Below are positions 26,764 through 40,122 of a stretch of DNA of 64,000 bases, one piece after another. A program made the translations under genes and the position numbers. The notes beneath the pieces are model-generated. The model saw only the letters and a list, made by a program, of their open reading frames with translations. It had not been told where the DNA came from and searched no databases. This stretch comes from Daphnia carinata (taxonomy: Eukaryota), in NCBI RefSeq assembly GCF_022539665.2, contig NC_081331.1, positions 4,402,001 to 4,466,000 on the forward strand, in the 5' to 3' direction. Position 1 is the stretch's first letter. Every line of letters starts with the position of its first letter.

Positions 26764-28888
26764 TAAGCAAAAAGAAAAATCGAAGATTGGAAGGGGGGGG
26801 TTATAATATAAAAATAATAACAGAAAATAAATGGCTGTCATTTACTCGCCAGATGGTACTGTCACTCAAGTTCAGAGGAGGCAATATCGACAAAGAACAA
26901 AAAAGAAGTCCGAAATTTTACTGGCTGTGCATTTAATTATCTTTTGTAATGTTTCAAAACGAGACTTCCCTTTTTTGTTGTTTGACGACCTTTTCAATTC
27001 AATAGATTTTTTTCATATATTGCAGAGTAAGGCACAAAAAATGAAAAGGCAAAAAAAAAAGAGGTGTTTTGCGAAAAAGCGTGAGCGTGTGCATTAGACA
27101 ATTGAATAGCGTGGCAGTGGCCTGGGGACATGTATTACTGACGCATGCGGGTCCAGTCACACCACTTGAATACAAGGAGAGAAGTCATTTCGTTGCAACA
27201 AACTAAAATAAAATGGGGAAAATAAAAATCAATTGCCTTTTCTTCTCTCTCAATAAATGTAAGCAATTTCACTGTTACAAAAAACTGTGTTTCGTACGCC
27301 AAAAAAGTACAGCCTTCACGTCCCGTTGTCCCTACCTACTGTTATTACTTTTTGTACGGTCGCAAAGACCCAACTCTTTATCGTTCTCAAGTTTTCTTTT
27401 TTCGACGATGAAATTTCCTCTATCTTTACGTTTCCTTTGTACGGTTCGCGAAGAAGGGCTTATATGCTTACACACAGTTGAACGAAACGCATTTGATTGA
27501 ATCGAGAGCTGCCCTCCCCCCCCCCCCCCCGAATAATGTCAACATCGTCATAAATGGTAACACAAACGTTGATGTTCATTTCCTATCTGCCAGTAAAGAA
27601 CACGAAACAAGTATCACTTTGGGCTTCTACGTGAATGGAGAGACTTGTCTGATGACATTTAGATGTGAAAAAAGATTAGCACATCTCAGTGCTTCCGGTC
27701 ACTGTAGACCAGCTGTCACACATGCCCATATGCGCGCCATTTTTTTTTTTGCCCCATTGATTGCATTTTGCTCTACATCCGGTTAAAAGAAAGGTAGCTT
27801 TTTTTTATTTCATTTCCGCCAAGAAAAGAAATGATGCCGATAAAATAATTTCTAAAAGTTCAATTTCCTGTCTTGATTGAACGTGTTTTATCGACGTACA
27901 TCCTCCCGACATTCATAATTAGTAAGTTACTTTCTACACAACCTACCCTTAATAATCGAAATCTATCAGATTGAATAGTTTGAAAAGGAAGTAAAACATT
28001 TTAAACATAAGAGCATGTGCTGGAAAACGAAGGGGGAAAAAACGCCCACCTACTTGTTCGATCGTTGGCCTCGAAACACCATCAGTATGGATCGACATCA
28101 TACGGTGAACATTTTTCTTTTCAAACGTCTTTGAGCAGAAAACAGAATCCCATGAGAAGGAGATCACTTATTCAGCATCCACTCTTTTAGGCAGCATGTT
28201 ATCGATCGTTTCACAACGTTATTCAATATGAAAAATTCAAAAGTTATTATACGACAGGAGCACAAACTTTCTTTGCAGCACATTTTCAACTAGTTCACGT
28301 TTTCGTCGACGGCGTTGCAATTATTTTAAATTGGATGCGCTAGCAATTGTTTTTTCGATGTAAATGGTAACAAACTAACAATCAATTAATCAGTTAACTG
28401 CAATGTGTAAAAATGGGGAAATAATAACAGGATATAAACTAATATTGAAATTCATAAAAATAAAATAAGACCGTCTCAGTAAAAAAAAAACACGTAAGTT
28501 TAAATATTAACCCAAATTACATGGCGGCGAATGGAATTAAATGCAACCTTACGTTTTCAACGCGCCGTTATGAAAAAATGCCCGCAATGTTATTTATTTG
28601 GTTTCATCTTTTTGATCTATAGCTATTTAATAAAGCTGACATAATGTGCAATGATATGAATTCTGTCTTTTTTTATTACTTTTCTTTTTAATGTGAAAAA
28701 GAGGAAGTGAATGGGGTTAGCGATGTTTGGATGGTGGCGGAGGATGCTTGTTGAGCACAGGGTGTTACATAGATTTCCCTTGGGATATCACTTCAAGAGC
28801 CATAAAAAACTAAAATGGACAACTGAATCCAAGACAAAACACGTAGAAACATGCTTCCTTTTTTTTTTACTTCAATTAAAAGAATATG

Positions 28889-29519
<631 letters not shown>

Positions 29520-30285
29520 GTTGTTCTACGTAAAAGCCAATGTCGAGTTATCTGTGGAAGGCCCATGTGTCAATAATAAAGCGTCCCCTTATTTACTTTC
29601 TAATTTCGTATTTACTGGCGGGACCGCGGGAACGGGAAACACAAAATTAGAGCCACCAATTTCTCACCCATGTGACTTGAATGACACTTTATTGGCAGAA
29701 TAGCAAATAAATTTGATAAATTATGCATTAGAAGAGCTTGTAATTACACTGGATAATTGGTATCCGCTTGAACCACTGAGGGGGTGAGCTAACTAGCTAA
29801 TGGAATTCTACCCACGTTTTCGGTTCTAGCACTCTGCTAATTTATCGATCACAGCGACTGAACCTTTTAAGCAGCTCTATTGACTCACGGTCCTGCACTC
29901 GTGGATTAAACGTTATAACAAACACCGCAACTTGAAATCAATTTATATGCAGCCAAAGACTTACATGAAATGTACAATGATACAGCACAATCATACAAAG
30001 ACGGGCAAGGGAAGCTGGTTAACTTATTATTTCTTACTTTTTCAAGTTTTGATTCGTCTTTTTTTTAATACAATTCAGCACAAGTATGATGGCGGCGACG
30101 GAATGCAGTCTATGCAGGCATCACATGATGAAAGTGAAGAAAAAAATGAAACAAACTAAACAATCACATTGATTTTCGAGCTCGTCATAAAACACTATAC
30201 AGGAGAGTGGACAGTAAACGATTTACTAAATATACATAATAGCTAGAACTTCTAACATTTTTTGTGTCTTCAATGTTTGCAATTA

Positions 30286-33200
30286 TTAAGGCATTGGTGC
30301 GCCGTTATAGTTGTTCGGATGAAGAAATTTGCATCGGCTCTCCAAACGGCAGAAACCTCGCATAAAGTGCCAGCAGGGCTGATTTGAGGGGCCGCCGCGA
30401 GATGAAGGCGGCCCTCCAGGCCGGCCTCCACCGCCACCTCTTGGTGGTCCATGGAATCTGGGTCTCGGTCCATCCATACCCATTCCTCGAGGATGACCCA
30501 TAAAACCAGGGCTCGGACCTCCCATCATATCTGTTAAGGAATAAACAAAGATTCAGTATTTCGTAAAGGACGAGGCTACAATGAAAGAGATATATTCGAA
30601 AAACCAAATTACCATTATAGCCATGGCCGCCCCGTTCCCGGGGATGAACATGTTCACGCTCTCTGTGATGATGGAAACTGTCACGATGATGCGGTGGTCC
30701 GTCCCGGTGGGGAGGCCCATCATTGTATCTCTGTCCGACATCATGGTCGGGGTAAATTGATCCATCACCGGCCTGCTCAAAATGCAAAAAGGAAACGTTA
30801 ATTTATTTGGAGATCAAACGTTTAAATAAATTCTTACCATCCACGTTCCTCCGATATCACCGCGGTGACCGCCTCTACCATCAGGATGATGATGGTGCAT
30901 AGGAGGCCCTCCGTGATGAGGCATATCTCCATGACCGTCATGGAGAGGAATGTCGCCAAGTCCTCCGTGCCCAAAATGATCGTCATGCATTGGAGGACCA
31001 TGATCGGGATAATACTGATCAATAGGACCAGGACCAACAGGTGGGGCACTTCTATAACCCGGGCCCCCATACTGTTGTTGGTGTTGAGGAGGTTGATGTT
31101 GCTGTTGATATGGCGGTTGTTGAACGTGATGTGGGCCACCTCCGTAGGGCGCCATTGGGTGTTGAGGTCTCATTGTTTTGGGTTCCGGCCATGGCAAGTG
31201 CCGATGATCATAAACGCTTTCCGGATTGCCCGTCACGTCATCTAGTGGAATGATAGTAGGAGCCTTGTCAGTCCGCTCCAATGGTACTTCAGGATCCGCT
31301 TCAATAGGAGCCTCTGGAAGTCTGTTTTTGTTTCCAAAGATAATTTTAAGAACAATAAAAGCAATAATTTTTTAAAAAGAATTATCAAGCGGCAGTTCAC
31401 TTACACTTGGCCTTTAAAGTACAATGCCTGAAGTGTAGAACTTTCTCTGGCGGCCTGGATTTCTTTTTCTTTACTGTTTTCTCCGTAAATAACACGATCT
31501 TCGAGATTGTCAATACGCTGAAGACCTTTCCAGGGATTCTCTTCAATTTCGGGTTCTTCAACTGTGGGCACACAATTCAATTGCGGATAAGTGAAGTTCG
31601 TTCGAAAATAGAAACTAATAAAAATAGATTTACTCACTCATTGTTTTAGACATGAGAATCGATTGTTTCTCTCGTTCCTTCTCGGCTTGTTTCATCTCGC
31701 CGAAAAGTAATTTGTTTACGTTGACTGCAAATAAATACATTCCAATCAATCGTGAACGACAGACACCTAAAACAAATAAAGAGAACATACCTCTTTCCGT
31801 TTCGTCGAGTTCGAAATAGTGATGCATTTCCAGTTCTTCTTCTGGTCGCCATTGGAGGGTTTTCTTGGGCCGCCGTTTCTGATTCGCGTGGAGGATTAGA
31901 ACGCCTTTCGGTTTTCCACTGTCTGATTGTGACGGAGGAGATTCCTCGCCAGCCATATCGGTTTTGATGCTGTCACGGGAGTTGGCTTCCTCATTCTCTT
32001 CGCCGTCAACTTCCATTTTCACACGCGCTTCTTTCTCTGCCGATGGACTCTCTGGGCATTCTTCTTTAATTTCTTTGGCGTCCGCTGATGCAGCGACCGC
32101 ATCCGGTTTCTCTTCTTGCTTTATGCCACCGTCCGTTTCCAGCGTGTCTTGATAGAACTGATAAGGTTAAACCATTAAAAAGAAGGGTTATTGCAAGACT
32201 CGTGTGAATCGATAGTTGTCAAATAAATATTTACATTGAACATTGGTTTCATCGGGGTAGGTGACGTTTCCCGATTTGCCCCGGCAGCTGGCGCGGGAGG
32301 ATTCTCAGGGAGTTCTTGTTTGATATTAATGGGTGGTGGAGGTGGTAGATCGGGCATGGATCCGTCTTTCGCGGAACGTTTTCTTTTGCGTGGTTCGGTA
32401 GTCGATTTCGACCCGGCTTCCAGCGCATCCATAAACAAAGAACTGTCCTGCAGCAACGCTGTTGCGATAAAAACATAAGTAATAATGGGTAATGTTAAAT
32501 ATACGGACATCTTTCAAAGAGCAGATCCTGTGGGTTTCACGTGTCAAGTTATTTTTATCATATATGTAGTGCAATAAGTTTCATAACTATTTTTTATCAT
32601 TATCGTGAAAGCGATGATGTACACATTACTGCGTTGCCTCCGGAGCTTGCCACTCCCGTGTATTGTTCCTCGACGGACACAAAAACACACTCCGGCTCTT
32701 TAACCGCCGTCCCGGGCGGATCGGGTTGCCATTGGTAGACAAACTGCCTCTGCTAACCAGCGCAATGATCAATTAGTTTTTAGAAGAAGGAAAGTAAAGG
32801 TAGAGCGTAACGACCGGACTCGCCATTATTCAGGGCTCATTGGGGGTTAATGTAGGGTTTATATCACACCCTTTATGACCCCGCCCTTTATATCAAAGGG
32901 TCGACTGTATATCGCATCGTTGATGATACAATCCAATCATCCGAGCCATCAAGAATGGACACCCTTCACACTGCGAAGAGAAGAGTCAAGACGTTGTTGA
33001 ATGTGTTATATGTATACATACGACAGGGCACGTCTGCCGAATTGAGCCATTAAACTGATGACAACTGACCATCCGATAAACCTGAAAAAAAGCGCTAGAG
33101 CAAAAAATAGCTAAGATAAACAATGAAACGTGATTATGTAAACAGGACACTTGGTAGCAAAACGAAACCCACTGGATCTGATACGTGAAAACAATATATG

Positions 33201-35518
33201 AAAATAACTTACGTCTCGGTCTAGGAGAGATCAACTTGACCGCTGGTTTGATATCCGAAGCTGTTTTTTTCATGACTGCAGCCACGGCAGCGCTAATTGC
33301 CGTATCGTCCACCGCTTTCAGTTTCTTGTCGGCCGGTGGTAACAAACCCTCAATCGAGCCCGATCTCTTGATATTCGGACCCTTCTTTTCGGCTGATGAC
33401 GATGGGCTGGCAGCTCCTGGTTTCTTAATGCCAATAGGGGGACTCTTTCCAGGTTCTTCGACTAGACCTGTGGATCGAAACTTGGAATTGAACGTCTTGA
33501 CTGTTTTGGGTCGAGGTGCAAGTTTATCGAGCAATTCTGTCGCTGATGTCGTTGACGCTTCGGTAGGAGGTGCCGTGACGTCTTCAACCTTCTTGCGCGG
33601 AATCTTGGCCAACTTGATTACGGGTGACATGGCTTTAATGGCGGCTAAAGTTTCACGATTCTTTTCAGCCTGTTTTGCTTCTTTGATTTGACTTTCACTT
33701 CGAGGACTAGCTTTGATTTTCGGCTTCTCTTTCCTTTCATCCTTGATGCTCTTGCTTCGATCCCTTCCACTGCTACTACTAGATTTACTATCTCTTGTTG
33801 ACGATGATCTCGATCTATCTCGTTCTCTCTCTTTATCTCGTTTCTTGGGGTCTGATGACTTGCTGTCGCCCTCCTTTGTTTTGGAACTGCTGCTGCTATT
33901 GGACGTCTTCTTGTCTTTTTCTCTTCTCCTGTCTTTTATCCTTTCCTTCTCCTTCGTTTTGTCCTTTTCTTTGGTGTCTGCATACTGGTCGCCAACGGCT
34001 GGTGATGGCTTTGTTTCCTCTTTGGGTTCAACAGGATTGTTTGTACTGTTTACCACATATGTGCCTGCCTTTGATACTTTAATTTTTAAAACAGGTAAGC
34101 CTGTTGATGCTACTTCATTGGGCTTTACTGTTTCATCAATAGTTGGCTGCGGTGGAATTGATGGTACTATGGGTACATTATTATTAGACGACCATTCGGC
34201 GGTAGTCGGGGCAGATAAAAGCTGGTTGTTCACCTCTACTAAACCAGGATTCAACACCTGGTGTTGCAGTTGTTGCTGCGGTTGGGGCTGCTGTTGCTGC
34301 TGCAAAGGCTCGTTAGTATAGTTTGCTGTTCCATCTATATAGACCTGGTGATTGTCGTGACTCATGTTATTGTTCATGGCCACAGCCACAGGCTCAAAGG
34401 GATTTAAGTTATAATAGTCATTATTCTCCATATAGGGTGTGCAGGTGTTCATGTCGAGTGTGGACAGATTCGCCATTGCCATGTCAACACCTTCACCAAT
34501 ATTCATGCCGAGTTGGTCGCCATACGAGGTCGACGTAGTGTCTGGAGCATAGATGGACAAATCCATGTCATCCGGAAGGATGCTCTCCTGTGTCAGCGTG
34601 AATTCTTCGGGTTTGCTGGAAGCGACGCACCAACGTGCCCAAAATTGAGCAGCAAGATTTCGGCAATCTGCAAATGAAACAGGAGTAGGCATTGAAGTAT
34701 AGGAAGACGACACCAGTGGCTGCATGTTTGGCTTACTCTGGTCATTATACTCCTCAGCTATCGACTGTATCATTTGAGATAGGTCGTTATAAGGGAATGT
34801 AGAACGAATCAAACGAGTGACTTCTTCGTCTTTCAGCCGAACCTCTGACATGGGCAACAGTTGGACAAGTTCCAACATCTCGGTCAGTAGCGGTGTATTA
34901 CGCGTCTGTAAAGCTTCAACAAGCCATTTCAGAAGCAAAAAATAAGCTCCTTGCTCATTCAAAAACCTGTTGGAAAAACAATCAATTTAAAAAGGAGAAA
35001 CAAACAAACACAATAAACAAACAAAAAATGTGAATGTTTTAGAACTCACTGGTCCAACAGCTCGTGCGGTGTTGCTTTAAGGACGTGAATGTAGATGCAT
35101 TTACTAACAAGTTTCTTGGAGAATCGTAACATCAGCCTAAATTAAATCATCGTTCAAATTACATCGATAATTTTAAGAAGAATATGTCGAGTTAGGCATA
35201 CCTGGCTACTCGTACGACTTCTCCGGGTCCTTTAATACCGCCATTTGTCGACAGTAAAACACCAAGGCAGTTGAGCAGATCAAGTGGATCAATGCGTGGC
35301 TATGAAACGTAAACAAAAACGTATATAACCTATAACGTAAGCATCGTATAGCAATCAAGGATTCGAATAAGAACTGATGACGTCACTAACCCCCTTCCAC
35401 TCCCTTCGTTCCCAAATGAGCCCAAGGTCGTTGCTATGCGATGGTAATGCCCCGACGTATGCATTACACCTAACTACAATACATATATTTGTTCCATTGT
35501 TTACAGTTCACTTACCAT
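30286..35518 (-). CDS. PPP1R10: PP1 nuclear targeting subunit PNUTS
   Basis: ATG-only first coding exon (35518-35516), then PRIDPLDLLNCLGVLL, TFIIS-N-like domain (LVSKCIYIHVL...), KTFNSKFRSTGL, FMDAL, PP1-docking RVxW-type motif KKTLQW, YFELDETERVNV, EIQAARE...LQALYF, Gly/His/Pro-rich region, and C-terminal CCCH finger CWHFMRGFCRLESRCKFLHP. Confidence 0.93.
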
Positions 35519-36442
35519 TTTGCGTTATGATTATCGGCGTGGAGGAGTCAGGGCAGAATCCTCATTATGTGAAAAGTTTGACTAGGTTTCGAGACGATGA
35601 AATCGTGCCAGTCACAGAATTATTCGCCACTTTGGAGAGTTAAGGTTTTCACTTATTCAACGACAGAATCGACCAGATATCAATTATGTACATGTGTAAA
35701 ATTATTCTTTCTCAATGTAATAACATCTGAATCAAATCGATTTCGTCGAGTCAGAAGACGGCAGCTTCGGATACGGCAAAATGTCTCGTCTCCCTACCCA
35801 GGGCTGTTGGTAGGGAAAAAGGCAAAAAAAAATGGACGACAGAAAAGTTGTTATCTGATGGCTGGGCTTCCTGTCCTGACGCGTAAATCGTTTATATCTG
35901 AGTTCTTCGAGGCGATCGGTATTATATATATTTATCAACAGACACGTTATGTTACGAAGGTGAATTAGTATACTTTTATAAGCAGAAATACGCTTTAATA
36001 TTTGGTTTTTATATGTGGCGAAAGACACGAATTGACCAAACTAACGTCGAATCCTCACAACTACCAAAATGACGTTTCTTCTCCGAAACGCCATCTACTG
36101 TACTTTTTGATCCATCTAGCGACGATTTTGTTTACCTGTATGCCTATTGCCTTACTTATTTTATGGGAGGAGAGTGACAAGAAAAAGTTAAGTATGAATT
36201 ATAGATTTCAAACATTTCCTTCATTAAGGTAATGAAGGAATTCATATAATTCATTAAGGTGAGCAGTACATAATAGATGTTAATCGCATTATTAGAAGTT
36301 ATTTCCAATGTTGCGGAAACCCGTACAGCCGAGATTCGTCTGCTAGCTCATGGTTTCAGACTTTTGAAGTAGTTGAGAAGAACACAAAAACTAGACAGAA
36401 TTTTATACTTATTTAAGGAGAAAAGTGATTTGCCACTAAAAT
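35519..36442. promoter_or_regulatory. Shared upstream region / probable bidirectional promoter of PNUTS (-) and MRPS18B (+), including PNUTS 5' UTR
   Basis: Divergent start codons about 920 bp apart. Confidence 0.55.
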
Positions 36443-37263
36443 ATGGCAGCCAGGGTCATATTAAGTCAGGGTTTACGGCAATTGGCAATAAGTCCAATAG
36501 CTTTCACAATGCCGTCGAAATACACAACCAACTTACCTGTGTTGTTGAAAGCTGGAGGGAATTTGTCATTCGCGCGAAGCTTTTCCGAACCCAACGATGA
36601 AGTTGCTTCCGAGCCAAATCCAGAAAGTGACCCCAGTTTAGTTGTGGATCAGAAAGATGCGTCCAAAATGCGTAATCGTGTAATTCCAGTAGAAATTAGC
36701 ATGAAGTATTTAAAGAGTAAAGGTAAATATCATTTCTGTTGTTTGTTTAACAGGAAAAAAAATAATACTTGTTTTATTCTAAGGGTATTTAACAACCTAT
36801 GGTTCAGAGCCTGTGTGGGTTAAATATCGCAGAAATTTCAAGGGCCAGTTTGCTCCAGAGACAAGAAAGACTTGCATAGTAAGTTTACTGTTTTGAGGAA
36901 AGGAGAAAATTAAGTACACAAAAGTTGTCTTTTTTCTCTAGAGACAAGAAAAATTAAGTACTGGGAATCCTTGCCCAATATGCAGAGATGAGTACTTGAT
37001 ACTTGATTACAGAAACGTTGAATTATTAAAACAGTTTATTTCACCCTTCAATGGAGCTATTCTGCCAACACTGTAAGATGAAAATGAAGACTTATTTTTT
37101 TAACCTTTCAGTTTAATAAATAACTTATTCTTCCAGGAAAACTGGTTTATGCCAAACTAAACAAAGGGAACTACTTGTGGCAATTACAAAAGCTAAAAAT
37201 TACGGTCTAATCGCGTTTGATGTTCCCATTCGTGAATATGATTATTCTGATTATCGATCATAA
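36443..37263 (+). CDS. MRPS18B: 28S mitochondrial ribosomal protein S18B
   Basis: 4 exons; [90 protein letters not shown]...[14 protein letters not shown]. Confidence 0.93.
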
Positions 37264-37427
37264 ATGTGATAGTAAATACAGCAGTAGTTAAAGTTGCTTA
37301 AGGAATCATATATTTTCAACTTCGACATAAAGATCTTTTCTTACACCACGACCAACGATAAGTATAATCTAATGAACTACTAAATAGCACTTTGATATGA
37401 TCAAATGCTCTGAGTATGTGACTTGAA

Positions 37428-39257
37428 TCAGACCGGAAGAGCAGGAAGAACCTTCCCCGTGCATTTGCCAAAACCAATGCGTAAACCGTCTCGCTCACAA
37501 AATCCTAAAAAAAAAAGGAGGAATTTTTCTGTAACACTACACACAATTCAAAAAATTAGTCTACCTCTGATGGTGACCTCGTCTTCATCTTGAATAAACT
37601 TGCGCGTAACACCGTCGCCCAATTCAACCAGCCGGGTGCCACGCCAGCTTAGCTCCAACATTGATCCAAATGCATCGTTAGTCGGACCACTGATTGTTCC
37701 GGAACCAAGAAGATCGCCAGGTTGAAGATTGCACCCAGTGACAGTATGGTGGGCTAACTGTTGTTTCATGGTCCAGTACATATACTTGAAATTTGACCTA
37801 CAGACGACCGCTTCTTTCTCCGAACCACCAGCTATATTAGTAAAATTCCTTTTAGTCTATATTTTTAACTTGTGCAAAGCTTAAAAATTTTAAAGTGCTT
37901 ACGTTTGATAGCCACTTCAAGGTTAATGTCGAAATTGTAGTCATCAGCGTGTTTTAAATACGCAAAAGGTTCGGGATCTTGGGGGTAGTTAGAAACCTTA
38001 AACGGTTCTAAAGCCTCCATGGTAACAACCCAGGGTGAAATAGTTGTTCCAAAGTTTTTAGCTAAGAAGGGACCTAATGGAACGTACTCCCACTTTTGAA
38101 TATCCCGGGCTGCATAAACGAAAAAAAAAAAAATAAATAAATACAAATATTATCTATAGCTGAATACAGTTTTTAATGTGAAACGCACCACTCCAGTCGT
38201 TCATCAAAACCTATAATAGAAGAAATATATAAAATCAACAACATTAAGACAACCAAAGCTGCATAAATGTAAGCCAAGGTTTGTGGAAAATTATACCATT
38301 CCAAAAATGTGGTTTTCCGCTTCTGCCACTGGAACGGGACTACCAAGAGAGTTGGATTTTCCAACGAAAAACGCTGTCTCCAGTTCAAAATCAAGAAGCT
38401 TGCATTTGTCAAAAACGGGAGGCTCAGCGTCATTAGGTCGCGTTTGCCCAATGGGACGCCGAATTGGTGTTCCTGATATCACAATCGACGAGGAACGACC
38501 GTGATAGCCAACAGGCAAATACTTCCAGTTGGGCATCAGAGCATTATCTTTTCCTCTAAAGTATTAATACAATACCATGTTATTTTAATTCACAATAACT
38601 TAGTCATGACGTGCTTTACCTAAACATTTCTCCAACATTTGATGCATGGATGATGGAAGAATAGAAATCTGTGTAATCACCAATCTTGGCTGGAAGGTGC
38701 ATGGTAGCTTCCGATTGCAAGACCAGAGAACTGGCAATACACTCAAAGTTATATAATGATTGGAGAAAAAACCTCAAAGCTCATTACTTTTTTCTCAAAT
38801 CAGTGTCATCTTCGAGCGTCTTGTTGCCAGTAGACAAAATATCTTGCAGTGTTTTTCTCGCTTCAGTCCAAGCTTTTGGTCCTAATCCCATGAAACTATT
38901 GAGAGTGCTCTGTCAAATCGTACAAAGTATGATTTTTTATTCAAATAACCTGCAATCTAATAAAAAAGTGTTACCTCCTGGAAAACATTCTGATTGTTTT
39001 TTAATTCTGGTCCATTGAAGAGATGAGCAACAGCATGAAGGTCAAGAATGTGTTCACCAATAGCAACGCCGATTCTTTGCTGGGGCTATAGAAATTACAA
39101 ATAAATATTTCACCAGTTACCACCACAAGTGTTTACATCCATGTCAATACCTAGTTCATATCACAAGTATTCTCACCTTATTAGCTGTAGAAAATATACC
39201 ATAGGGTAAGTTTTCCAATGGAAAATCGCTGTTTTCTGGGAGAGGTATGAACGACAT
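37428..39257 (-). CDS. FAH: Fumarylacetoacetase
   Basis: [148 protein letters not shown]. Confidence 0.97.
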
Positions 39258-40005
39258 TCTCCGAAGTTGGCTGCAGATTTTTTCAGCTCGCGAATGAGGT
39301 AATGTCAAAAGGAAAAAAGACCACGGCAACAGGTAACTGAGCATACTAGTTGAACGCGAGCATTTTTGCCGGGAGCAGAAGACGCCACGCGGATAAAATC
39401 TCAACTATCATCACCTTGCCACTGGCAATTCTCGTTAAATATTTAGAAGATCCGGACAAATATGGATGTTGGCCTGAACATTTTAAGTTACTTTGAACTT
39501 GTTACTCCTGGAAGAATGTAAAGCTAAACAATTTTACTTTCTGCTTACGATTAAACGGGTTTTTTTCTTACCAGAATTCGTAACTCGTCGAATCGGAATT
39601 GGACACCAAGAAAAACCTGATCATATTTGAAGTACGAAAAGGCAATTGGGAGTTAAAATCTTACTTGTCGGTACGTTTTTACAGCATTACACAAAGATAA
39701 CAAGAGTTTTAGGTTCCAGAGGCGTGTACTGGGATTTCCCAGTAGATATGAGTTAGACATAACGCCATAGGCTTTGGAATTTCCAGTTTCTACAAAACAT
39801 TTAGTCAGTTGCACCCAGAGATGTTTGCACCCCCATAACAGATGATCTTGTCTGAACTGGCACAGACTGGTTTAAAGTGGAAATGAAAAGCTACCACACA
39901 CAACCCGTGTAAAAGAACTTCTAGGGTGAAAGTTTTCGGGCTATGACGATAACTTTTACACGCAATGAGTAGGATGACGAGGGCGAGTTCATCCTCTGTT
40001 CACCG

Positions 40006-40013
40006 TATAAAAA
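40006..40013 (+). promoter_or_regulatory. Candidate TATA box of the astacin gene
   Basis: TATAAAAA about 30 nt upstream of an Inr-like CAGTT (~40038) and about 115 nt before the ATG. Confidence 0.5.
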
Positions 40014-40122
40014 GACCATCGTTCCTTGGTACCGGGACAGTTCATACAACTACATTACAAGGCCGTCAACCTCTCTTTGTTAAACCGGGAAAAATCTAAA
40101 CAATTCGTTGACGACGGAAGAA

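Noticed and set aside
15700..28800. Many 60-140 aa ORFs in the Ig-gene intron and upstream region
   Set aside because: Low-complexity F/K-rich translations of poly-A/T tracts with no splice-consistent models; treated as non-coding regulatory DNA.
29755..29790. tRNA A-box-like CTCAGTGGTTCAAGCG on the minus strand
   Set aside because: No T-arm/B-box or acceptor stem at the right spacing.
32600..32990. Intron-embedded RNase P/MRP RNA or telomerase RNA in the PNUTS intron
   Set aside because: The paired CR-I/CR-V (P4) motifs are not both present, and there is no adequate TTAGG template (only CTAACC).
33185..34538. Long + strand ORFs (168 and 202 aa) antisense to PNUTS
   Set aside because: Shadow frames of a repetitive K/S/E-rich coding exon.
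36218..36262. Short palindrome and direct repeat (CCTTCATTA/TAATGAAGG; TTCATTAAGGT x2)
   Set aside because: Too short and AT-rich to call a MITE or regulatory element.
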